NCBI GenBank assembly: GCA_029100965.1
Contig: JAQXQC010000088.1
Location: 1-44,168, forward strand
Reading direction: 5' to 3'
Source: Bacilli bacterium
Lineage (GTDB): Bacteria; Bacillota_I; Bacilli_A; RF39; UBA660
Length of the DNA: 44,168 bases
Position numbers and translations under genes: made by a program
Shown: piece after piece, positions 36,809-44,168 of the stretch
Numbering within the stretch: position 1 is the first letter of the stretch
Layout of the letters: each line of letters starts with the position of its first letter
The notes under the pieces: generated by a model
The model's input: only the letters and a program-made list of their open reading frames with translations
Database searches by the model: none
Told to the model about the DNA's origin: nothing

Positions 36809-38070
36809 AGACTTTTCCTTCTTTTATTGTAACTTCTATTGACAAGACTACTTTCTAATTGACGCATTGTCTCTAGGGCAACACCTACAATAATTAATAT
36901 ACTAGTTCCACCTACACTTACACTAGTTGGTAAGTTTGTGCTCATGAAGCTTGATACAACAATAGGAAGTCCTGCAATAACACAGATGAATATTGCTCCT
37001 ATTAGTGTGATTCTACTAAGTACTGTTTTAATATAACTAATTGTTTCTTTTCCTGGACGAACACCTGGGATATATCCACCTTGTCTAGATAAATTTTTAG
37101 ATAATTCTTCTGGATTAACTTGGATAAATGTATATAAGAAACTAAATGCAAAAATTAAAACTAAGTAAACAATAAAACCAGTTGGTGTTGTATAAGTTAC
37201 ATATTTTTTTACAAATGTTACAAATCCATTTTCACTTTTCATTAAATTAGCAATAAATGTTGGTACCGTAAAGATTACTGATGCAAAGATTACTGGCATA
37301 ACATTTGCTGAATTTAATTTAAATGGAATATAGTTTTGTTTTGCTCCATAAGAGGAGTTGGTTTGATTAGAATACTGAATAGGAATTCTTCTTTCTGAAT
37401 TTTCGATAAATACAACGGCTACGATTATTGCAATATAAACTGCAATAAATAAGATAAATTCTAATATTCCAAGAAATAAACTTGAATTATCTAAAATTAA
37501 TGCTTTAAATGTATCGACGAAAGTTTTTGGAATGGTAGATAAAATACCTGCCATAATAAGAAGCGATATCCCGTTTCCTAATCCTTTTTGTGTGATTTGA
37601 TCTCCTAACCATAATAGAAAAGCTGTACCTGCAGTTAATATTACTGTTATTCTTAAATAATCGATTGCCGTTGCATCTTTTACTAGAGCAAAAGACATGG
37701 CAAATCCTTCAATAAAAGCAATAATAATTCCAAGATAACGATTAATTTGATTAATCTTTTGACGTCCTGCTGCACCACTTTCTTTTAATTCTGTAAAATA
37801 TGGTAGGATATCCATTTGTAATAAACTAGTAATAATTGTTGCTGAGATATAAGGCATAACCCCTAAAGCAAAGATAGAAAATTGCTTTAGTGAGCCTCCA
37901 GTGATTGCATTTGCTAAATCACCAAAATCTACATTCTTTAGAGAAGTTACTCCAGGAACTGGAATCGTTGTTCCAACGATAAAAATAAATAAACAAAGTA
38001 ATGTAAATCCTAATCTCTTTCTAATATCTTTATTCTTAGGACTAAATATTAGCTTAAGATTTTTAAACAT
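36805..38070 (-). CDS. secY: Preprotein translocase SecY
   Basis: FSIFALGVMPYISA, GLGNGISL, IPGVRPG, GGTSILIIVGV. Confidence 0.97.
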   Translation of the reverse strand: MFKNLKLIFSPKNKDIRKRLGFTLLCLFIFIVGTTIPVPGVTSLKNVDFGDLANAITGGSLKQFSIFALGVMPYISATIITSLLQMDILPYFTELKESGAAGRQKINQINRYLGIIIAFIEGFAMSFALVKDATAIDYLRITVILTAGTAFLLWLGDQITQKGLGNGISLLIMAGILSTIPKTFVDTFKALILDNSSLFLGILEFILFIAVYIAIIVAVVFIENSERRIPIQYSNQTNSSYGAKQNYIPFKLNSANVMPVIFASVIFTVPTFIANLMKSENGFVTFVKKYVTYTTPTGFIVYLVLIFAFSFLYTFIQVNPEELSKNLSRQGGYIPGVRPGKETISYIKTVLSRITLIGAIFICVIAGLPIVVSSFMSTNLPTSVSVGGTSILIIVGVALETMRQLESSLVNRSYNKRRKSL

Positions 38071-38071
38071 A

Positions 38072-38509
38072 TTAGATCACCTCGATTGTTCCGCCAACGC
38101 TTTCAATCTTTGTTTTTGCTGTTTTTGAGAAACTTGTTGCTTTAACTGTTAATTTTTTAGTTAATTCACCGTTTCCTAAAACTTTAACGCCATCTAATTG
38201 TTTTTTTAATAAACCAGTTTCAATTAATAATTCTGGTGTAACTACTGTACCATCTTCGAAACGATTTAAATCGCTTACATTAACTGTTGCATATACAGTA
38301 GCAAATCTAGTATTGTTGAATCCTCTTTTTCCTAATCTTCTGAATAGTGGTAATTGTCCACCTTCAAATCCTACTCTTACTCCACCACCTGATCTAGCGT
38401 TTTGTCCTTTTTCACCTTTACCAGCAGTTTTTGAATATTTTCCACCACGACCAATTCTCTTACGAGATTGTTTTGAGCCGTATGCTGGACTTAAGTTTTC
38501 TAATTTCAT
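38072..38509 (-). CDS. rplO: 50S ribosomal protein L15
   Basis: [24 protein letters not shown]. Confidence 0.97.
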   Translation of the reverse strand: MKLENLSPAYGSKQSRKRIGRGGKYSKTAGKGEKGQNARSGGGVRVGFEGGQLPLFRRLGKRGFNNTRFATVYATVNVSDLNRFEDGTVVTPELLIETGLLKKQLDGVKVLGNGELTKKLTVKATSFSKTAKTKIESVGGTIEVI

Positions 38510-39129
38510 TATCCTCTGATCTCCTCTATTGTTTTTCCTCTTAACTCAGCAACGTGAGATGGGCTTTTTTGTTCAGCAAGTGCTCTTAGAGTTGCACGAG
38601 CCATATTAATTTTAGTACTTGATCCAAGACTTTTAGAAAGGACATCTTTAACACCAGCTAATTCTAATACATCACGAACAGGTCCGCCAGCTTTTACTCC
38701 AGTACCTTCTGTTGCAGGTTTTAACATTACACGAACTGCTCCTTCTTTAGTAATGATTTCGTGAGAAATAGTACGATTATCGATTAATTCAACATTGATT
38801 AGATTTCTTGATGCTGCTTGAGTTGCTTTTTTTACAGCATCTGGCATTTCTTTGGCTTTACCAACACCAATACCAACTTTTCCTTTTCTGTTTCCTACTA
38901 CAACAGTGGCAGAGAAACGGAATTGACGACCACCTTTAACAACTTTAGTAACACGTTTAATATCGATTACTTTATCTTCTAAATCTGTTTTTGGTTTAGA
39001 AAAATTATTGTTACGACGAGGACGTCTATTATTATTGTTGTTACGTCTAAATTCTTTTTTACCAGTTTCAGATGAAGAAGTATTTTCTTCTGTTGTAACA
39101 ACTTCTTTCTTAACGTTTTCTTCGTTCAT
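38509..39129 (-). CDS. rpsE: 30S ribosomal protein S5 with low-complexity N-terminal extension
   Basis: [18 protein letters not shown]. Confidence 0.97.
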   Translation of the reverse strand: MNEENVKKEVVTTEENTSSSETGKKEFRRNNNNNRRPRRNNNFSKPKTDLEDKVIDIKRVTKVVKGGRQFRFSATVVVGNRKGKVGIGVGKAKEMPDAVKKATQAASRNLINVELIDNRTISHEIITKEGAVRVMLKPATEGTGVKAGGPVRDVLELAGVKDVLSKSLGSSTKINMARATLRALAEQKSPSHVAELRGKTIEEIRG

Positions 39130-39144
39130 TAGTTATCCTCCTTA

Positions 39145-39507
39145 TTAGAATTCTAAGCCGTTTTCACGTGCTGCTTCTGCTAAAGCTTTTACACGTCCAT
39201 GATATAAGTATCCACCTCTATCAAAAACAACTTCTTTAATATTTGCTTTATTTGCTCTTTTAGCAATTTCAGCTCCAATGATTTTAGCAGCTTCTACATT
39301 TCCACCATTTTTAAGGTTTAATTCTTTTTCAAGACTAGAAGCACTAACTAATGTTACGCCTTTTTCATCATCGATGATTTGAGCAGTAATGTTTGCGTTT
39401 GAACGAAAGACATTTAATCTTGGACGATTACTAGTACCAGCAAGATTTTCACGAATTCTTGAATGTCTTTCTCTACGTATATCATTTCTTGAAACTTTAC
39501 TTATCAT
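39145..39507 (-). CDS. rplR: 50S ribosomal protein L18
   Basis: [25 protein letters not shown]. Confidence 0.97.
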   Translation of the reverse strand: MISKVSRNDIRRERHSRIRENLAGTSNRPRLNVFRSNANITAQIIDDEKGVTLVSASSLEKELNLKNGGNVEAAKIIGAEIAKRANKANIKEVVFDRGGYLYHGRVKALAEAARENGLEF

Positions 39508-39531
39508 ACGAATTAGTCTCCTTTACTTTAT

Positions 39532-40071
39532 TTATTTAGATGCTTTCTTTCCTTCTTTACGACGGATATGTTCACCAACATAGTGAATTCCTTTACCTTT
39601 ATATGGTTCAGGTTTTCTTAATTCACGAATTTCTGCCGCAAATTTTCCAAGAGCGCATTTATCAATTCCGGATAATTCGATTTCAGTATTGCTAATTTGT
39701 TTTACTTCAATACCTTCTGGAATATCTACATTATCTAAATGAGATTTACCATCTTGAACAGTTAATACTTTTCCTTTTACTGTAAAACGATAACCAACAC
39801 CAACAATCTCTAATCCTTTTGTATAACCTTCTGTTACACCAATTAACATATTTCTAATATTTGCATTAGTAGTACCATGCATTTCATTAGTATGTTTTAA
39901 ATTATTTAATACTTCAACAGCAATTTCATTATCTTTAATGTTTACTTTAATGTTTTTATCAATTACTAAAGATAATTCTCCTTTAGGTCCTTTTACTGTT
40001 AAATTTTGTCCATTTAATTCTACATTAACTTTTTCTGGTATTGTTAAAATTCTTTTTCCAATACGACTCAT
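39532..40071 (-). CDS. rplF: 50S ribosomal protein L6
   Basis: MSRIGK, PEPYKGKGI. Confidence 0.97.
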   Translation of the reverse strand: MSRIGKRILTIPEKVNVELNGQNLTVKGPKGELSLVIDKNIKVNIKDNEIAVEVLNNLKHTNEMHGTTNANIRNMLIGVTEGYTKGLEIVGVGYRFTVKGKVLTVQDGKSHLDNVDIPEGIEVKQISNTEIELSGIDKCALGKFAAEIRELRKPEPYKGKGIHYVGEHIRRKEGKKASK

Positions 40072-40089
40072 AGTAACCTCCTTTTGGGC

Positions 40090-40482
40090 TTACCAAATGT
40101 AAGCAATTACCTCTCCACCAACATTATTTTTTCTTGCAAGCTTATCTGTCATTACACCTTTAGATGTTGAAATAATAGCTATTCCAAGTCCGTTTAATAC
40201 TTTAGGAATATTATTTGCCTCAGCATATACACGAAGACCTGGTTTTGAAATTCTCTTTAAGCCAGTGATTACTCTTTCTTTATTTTTACCATATTTTAAA
40301 GTCAATGTTAAGATATTTTGAACATCATTTTTTTCAATACTAAAATCAGTAATGAAACCTTCATCTTTTAAAATAGATGCAATTGTCTCTTTCATTTTAG
40401 AAGATGGCATTGACACTTCTTTTGCATGATTTTGGTTTGCATTACGAATACGTGTTAGCATATCTGCGATTGGATCTGTCAT
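40090..40482 (-). CDS. rpsH: 30S ribosomal protein S8
   Basis: [30 protein letters not shown]. Confidence 0.97.
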   Translation of the reverse strand: MTDPIADMLTRIRNANQNHAKEVSMPSSKMKETIASILKDEGFITDFSIEKNDVQNILTLTLKYGKNKERVITGLKRISKPGLRVYAEANNIPKVLNGLGIAIISTSKGVMTDKLARKNNVGGEVIAYIW

Positions 40483-40513
40483 TAAAATCCCTCCTTCTTT
40501 TATTCAAATTGGA

Positions 40514-40699
40514 TTACCAACTAGATTTTTTTACACCTGGTATTTGTCCTTTATACGCTAATTCTCTAAAACAAATACGGCAAATACCAAACTTACTCAT
40601 TACAGCGTGTGGTCTTCCACAACGAGAACAACGAGTATATTCTCTTACTTTATATTTTTGTGGTCTAGATTGTTTTACAACCATTGATTTTCTTGCCAT
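40514..40699 (-). CDS. rpsN: 30S ribosomal protein S14 type Z
   Basis: RCSRCGR...CRICFRE, 61 aa. Confidence 0.97.
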   Translation of the reverse strand: MARKSMVVKQSRPQKYKVREYTRCSRCGRPHAVMSKFGICRICFRELAYKGQIPGVKKSSW

Positions 40700-40710
40700 G
40701 TTTTTCCTCC

Positions 40711-41250
40711 TTATTTCCTAAAAGGAACTCCAAGTTCTTTTAATAAATCATAAGCTTCTTCATTTGTTTTTGCGGTAGTAACAATAACAATATCCATACC
40801 TCTTACTTTTGTTACTTCATCAAAGTTAATTTCAGGGAAAATTAATTGTTCTTTAATTCCAATTGTATAATTTCCTCTTCCATCAAAACTTCTTGGAGAT
40901 AATCCTCTGAAGTCTCTTACCATAGGTAAGCTGATTGAAATTAACTTATCAAGGAATGTATACATTTTATCTCCTCTTAAAGTAACTTTGCAGCCAATTT
41001 TGTTTCCTTCTCTTAATTTAAATGAAGAAATTGATTTTTTAGCAGTTGTTTCAATAGGTTTTTGACCAGTAATTTTCTCTAAATCTTCAAGAGCTGCTTC
41101 TAATAATTTAGAATTCGATAGAGCATCTCCTACACCCATATTTACAACAATTTTATCAATTTTAGGTACTAGCATTACTGTGCTATAACCACGCTTAGAC
41201 ATTAAACTTGGAACAACTTCATTTCTATATTTTTCTTCTAGGCGGTTCAT
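40711..41250 (-). CDS. rplE: 50S ribosomal protein L5
   Basis: [21 protein letters not shown]. Confidence 0.97.
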   Translation of the reverse strand: MNRLEEKYRNEVVPSLMSKRGYSTVMLVPKIDKIVVNMGVGDALSNSKLLEAALEDLEKITGQKPIETTAKKSISSFKLREGNKIGCKVTLRGDKMYTFLDKLISISLPMVRDFRGLSPRSFDGRGNYTIGIKEQLIFPEINFDEVTKVRGMDIVIVTTAKTNEEAYDLLKELGVPFRK

Positions 41251-41288
41251 TTGAAATCCACCCTCCTTCCAAAACGTTTATCGCGATT

Positions 41289-41534
41289 TTATTTTTCTTT
41301 TTTATTTTTTGATTTTTCTTTTACTTCTTCTAATTTTACATTTGAACGATGAATAGGAGCTTCTGTTTCTCTAATTTCTCCTGTACCGTTGTTGTATTTA
41401 GGTTTGATATGTTTTTTTACAATATTTACACCTTCAACGATTACTTTATCATCAACTACTTTTAAAACTTTACCAGTTTTTCCCTTGTTTGCACCTGCAA
41501 TAACAGTAACTTTATCACCAGTTTTTAATTTCAT
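41289..41534 (-). CDS. rplX: 50S ribosomal protein L24, short (81 aa)
   Basis: KOW motif [23 protein letters not shown]; ATG 41534 with RBS GGAGG. Confidence 0.93.
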   Translation of the reverse strand: MKLKTGDKVTVIAGANKGKTGKVLKVVDDKVIVEGVNIVKKHIKPKYNNGTGEIRETEAPIHRSNVKLEEVKEKSKNKKEK

Positions 41535-41632
41535 GAATATCCCTCCTAACATTTATAAATGTATTGTTTCTTTCGTTAAAATACTTAAAAGTTTTGAATC
41601 TTTAAATTATAGTGTCAAACCCAAGAAGTATT

Positions 41633-42001
41633 TTATAGTACATCTTTCGCTAAACTTACGATTTTCATGAAACCTTTTTCTCTAAGTTCACGAGCTACTG
41701 GGCCTAAAACACGAGTTCCCACTGGGCTTTTGTCATCTTTAATAATTACGCAAGCATTATCATCAAATTTGATGTAACTTCCATCTTCTCTTCTTACACC
41801 AAATTTTGATCTAACAATAACTGCCTTTACAACTTTTCCTTTTCCAATATTTCCATTAGGAGTTGCTTTTTTTACAGTTCCTACAACAATATCTCCAATA
41901 TTCCCAGTTTTTACTTTACTTCCTCCAAGAACTCTAATTACTAATAATTCACGAGCTCCACAGTTATCAGCCACTTTTAAACGGCTTTCTTGTTGTATCA
42001 T
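41633..42001 (-). CDS. rplN: 50S ribosomal protein L14
   Basis: [26 protein letters not shown]. Confidence 0.97.
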   Translation of the reverse strand: MIQQESRLKVADNCGARELLVIRVLGGSKVKTGNIGDIVVGTVKKATPNGNIGKGKVVKAVIVRSKFGVRREDGSYIKFDDNACVIIKDDKSPVGTRVLGPVARELREKGFMKIVSLAKDVL

Positions 42002-42028
42002 TTAAATTCCTCCTTCCAACAAAAGAGA

Positions 42029-42289
42029 TTATAATATAACAGCTTTTTCAATAATTTCTGCTAACTCATATCTTTTGGTTTTTGATAATGGTCTAGTCAT
42101 AACAAGTCTTACCTTGTCACCAACGTGTGCTTGATTTTCCTCGTCATGAGCAGCAAACTTTTTAGAACGTTTTACTCTTTTTCCGTAGATTGGATCTTTT
42201 CTAAAGTAATCTACTCTGACTGTGATTGTCTTATCTGCCTTATCACTTACAACTGTACCAATTAATTCTTGTCTTTTGCTTTCGTTCAT
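42029..42289 (-). CDS. rpsQ: 30S ribosomal protein S17
   Basis: [23 protein letters not shown]. Confidence 0.97.
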   Translation of the reverse strand: MNESKRQELIGTVVSDKADKTITVRVDYFRKDPIYGKRVKRSKKFAAHDEENQAHVGDKVRLVMTRPLSKTKRYELAEIIEKAVIL

Positions 42290-42306
42290 AAGGACTATAC
42301 CTCCTC

Positions 42307-42513
42307 TTAATTTTCTATTTTACGACTATTTAGAATTGTTTTAAGTCTAGCAACATCTTTTCTAAGTTCAGGAATGCGTGCTGGGTTCTCCAAAGTACCT
42401 GTTGCTTGTTTCATTCTTAATTTTAACAATTCTTCTTTTGCATCTTTAATTTTCTTATTAATCTCTTCAGTGGTTAAATTTTGAAATTCTTTCATTTTGT
42501 CTTTATGCTTCAT
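42307..42513 (-). CDS. rpmC: 50S ribosomal protein L29
   Basis: [22 protein letters not shown]; start uncertain (ATG 42513 has RBS GGTGA). Confidence 0.93.
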   Translation of the reverse strand: MKHKDKMKEFQNLTTEEINKKIKDAKEELLKLRMKQATGTLENPARIPELRKDVARLKTILNSRKIEN

Positions 42514-42934
42514 TCTTATCACCACTTTCTTCTTTCTTTACAAATTTACATTTGATTGGAAGTTTATGAGAGGCAAGTCTTAAAGCTTCTCTTGCAACAT
42601 CTTCTGTAACTTCGTCAATTTCAAACATAATTTTTCCTTCTTTAACAACAGCAACCCAAACTTCTGGTTCACCTTTACCTTTACCTTGACGAGTTTCAAG
42701 AGGTTTTTTTGTTAAAGATAGATTTGGGAATATATTTACCCATACTTTTCCGCCACGTTTCATATATCTTGTCATTGCAACACGAGCTGCTTCGATTTGA
42801 TTTGCTGTAATCCAAGCTCCTTCTTTGGCCATTAATCCATATTTACCAAAGTGAAGTTCTGTATTACCACGTGATTTTCCTTCATATTTTAAACGGAAAG
42901 TTTTTCTATGTTTAGTTCTTTTTGGCATTAACAT
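42503..42934 (-). CDS. rplP: 50S ribosomal protein L16
   Basis: [23 protein letters not shown]. Confidence 0.97.
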   Translation of the reverse strand: MLMPKRTKHRKTFRLKYEGKSRGNTELHFGKYGLMAKEGAWITANQIEAARVAMTRYMKRGGKVWVNIFPNLSLTKKPLETRQGKGKGEPEVWVAVVKEGKIMFEIDEVTEDVAREALRLASHKLPIKCKFVKKEESGDKNEA

Positions 42935-43586
42935 GAGAATTACCTCCCTTATTATCTTTATCTAAGATTTCACCTTTATAAATCCAAACCTTTACGCCAA
43001 TCTTACCATAAGTAGTATCAGCTTCAGCAGTAGCATAATCGATATTTGCTCTTAGGGTATGCAAAGGAATTGTTCCTTCTGAATATCCTTCTCCACGAGC
43101 GATATCTGCTCCACCTAATCTTCCAGATACAAGAGTTTTAATTCCTTTTGCACCTGCTTTCATTGTATTTCTAATTGCTTTCTTTTGAGCAACTCTGAAC
43201 GATACACGATTTTCAATGTTGTGAGCAATTGTTTCTGCTACTAATTTTGCAATCATATCAGGATTTTTTACTTCAACAACAGAAATTTGCATATCTTCAT
43301 TTACTAACTTAGAAAGTTCTTTCTTAACTTTTTCTATTTCTGTACCATTTTGACCAATTACTAGACCAGGTTTTGATACATACATAATTACTTCTGCTCT
43401 TTTAGCATTTCTTTCGATTACGATTTGAGAAATTCCAGCAGTTTTAAATTTCTTTTCTAAATATCTTCTAATTTTTACATCATTATTTAAATATTTAGAG
43501 AAATCTTTATTGTTAGCATACCATTTTGCATCCCAGTCTTTATTAATTCCAATTCTAAGTCCAATTGGGCTAACTTTTTGTCCCAT
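42912..43586 (-). CDS. rpsC: 30S ribosomal protein S3
   Basis: [31 protein letters not shown]. Confidence 0.97.
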   Translation of the reverse strand: MGQKVSPIGLRIGINKDWDAKWYANNKDFSKYLNNDVKIRRYLEKKFKTAGISQIVIERNAKRAEVIMYVSKPGLVIGQNGTEIEKVKKELSKLVNEDMQISVVEVKNPDMIAKLVAETIAHNIENRVSFRVAQKKAIRNTMKAGAKGIKTLVSGRLGGADIARGEGYSEGTIPLHTLRANIDYATAEADTTYGKIGVKVWIYKGEILDKDNKGGNSHVNAKKN

Positions 43587-43604
43587 CTATGGTCCTCCTT
43601 TACT

Positions 43605-43946
43605 TTATTTTTCTGCTACAATCACTGTAATGTGACTTGTTTTATGATCATTTCTTCCAACGTGTCCGCGTGAATCCATTTTTGCTCTTTTTAGAACCAT
43701 ACCTTCATCAACGAAACAAGTTTTAACATATAAATTTTCTTCGTTCATATTATAATTATTCACTGCATTTGCAACACTAGAGTTTAATACTTTTTCAATT
43801 ACTCTAGCTGCGCGTTGTGGTTGATTAGCTAAAATGCTTCTAGCATCCATAACGCTTTTTCCTCTGATTAAATCAATGATTAATCTTGTTTTACGAGGGG
43901 CAATTCTTACAGTTTTTAAAACTGCTTTTGCTTCAGTATTTGCCAT
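43605..43946 (-). CDS. rplV: 50S ribosomal protein L22
   Basis: RIAPRK, FVDEG, TSHITV. Confidence 0.96.
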   Translation of the reverse strand: MANTEAKAVLKTVRIAPRKTRLIIDLIRGKSVMDARSILANQPQRAARVIEKVLNSSVANAVNNYNMNEENLYVKTCFVDEGMVLKRAKMDSRGHVGRNDHKTSHITVIVAEK

Positions 43947-43972
43947 TCTTAGTTCCTCCTTACAACAGTTTT

Positions 43973-44168
43973 CTATTTCTTCTTATCTGCGCCGTGTCCA
44001 CCAAATTTACGAGTCATAGAGAATTCTCCTAATTTATGTCCTACCATATCTTCAGTAACATAAACTGGAATGAATTCCTTACCATTATGTACTGCAAAAG
44101 TGTGTCCAATAAAATCAGGATAAATTGTTGAACGACGAGACCAAGTTTTAATTACTTCTTTTTTTCCA
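43973..44168 (-). CDS. rpsS: 30S ribosomal protein S19 (5' part outside the window)
   Basis: Hand translation: [25 protein letters not shown]...MVGHKLGEF...GHGADKKK*. Confidence 0.96.
   Translation of the reverse strand, partial: GKKEVIKTWSRRSTIYPDFIGHTFAVHNGKEFIPVYVTEDMVGHKLGEFSMTRKFGGHGADKKK

Noticed and set aside
41600-41620. sigma-A promoter in the rplN-rplX spacer (TTGACA and TATAAT on the minus strand)
   Set aside because: The two hexamers are separated by 1 nt, not about 17.
1673-44019. Numerous short ORFs in the track that overlap real genes (e.g. 2867-3163, 14584-15195, 25535-25822, 40404-40721)
   Set aside because: Antisense or alternate-frame shadows of well-supported genes, with no RBS or motifs.
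1-44168. CRISPR array, tRNA/rRNA genes, IS elements, prophage or defence island
   Set aside because: No regularly spaced repeats, structured GC-rich RNA genes, transposases, integrases or defence-type domains were recognised by eye.

Overview
Very AT-rich chromosomal window from a low-GC Bacillota member, standard genetic code. Gene content and style suggest an uncultured Bacilli lineage such as RF39, which is an inference. Most genes lie on the minus strand. The right quarter (33.5-44.2 kb) is the S10-spc-alpha ribosomal superoperon from rpsS (partial) to rplQ; it has no rpmD and a C-terminally short L24. The rest interleaves three groups. (1) Housekeeping genes: holA, mutL, pyrH, an aminopeptidase, nfeD/SPFH, zupT, ferredoxin and nrdDG. 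(2) A condensed endospore gene set: spoVID-ysxE, uvsE, spoIIAA-like, sigF, spoVAC/D/E, cotE, spoIIIAH, gerE and gerM, several with recognisable sigG/sigK/sigE-type promoters. (3) Dispersed type IV pilus genes. Most notable: (a) a split class III ribonucleotide reductase whose glycyl-radical segment (RITGYL) is a separate 58-aa gene with its own RBS, missed by the ORF track; (b) a spoIIA locus with no spoIIAB and a SpoIIAA lacking the phospho-serine; (c) a pilin and a lectin-like domain in one frame, separated by a TAA at the junction of a 15-bp imperfect tandem repeat; (d) full-length but apparently catalytically dead helicase and amidase homologues. No rRNA, tRNA, CRISPR array, transposase or integrase was recognised. 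All family assignments are by eye from recalled motifs, not database searches.
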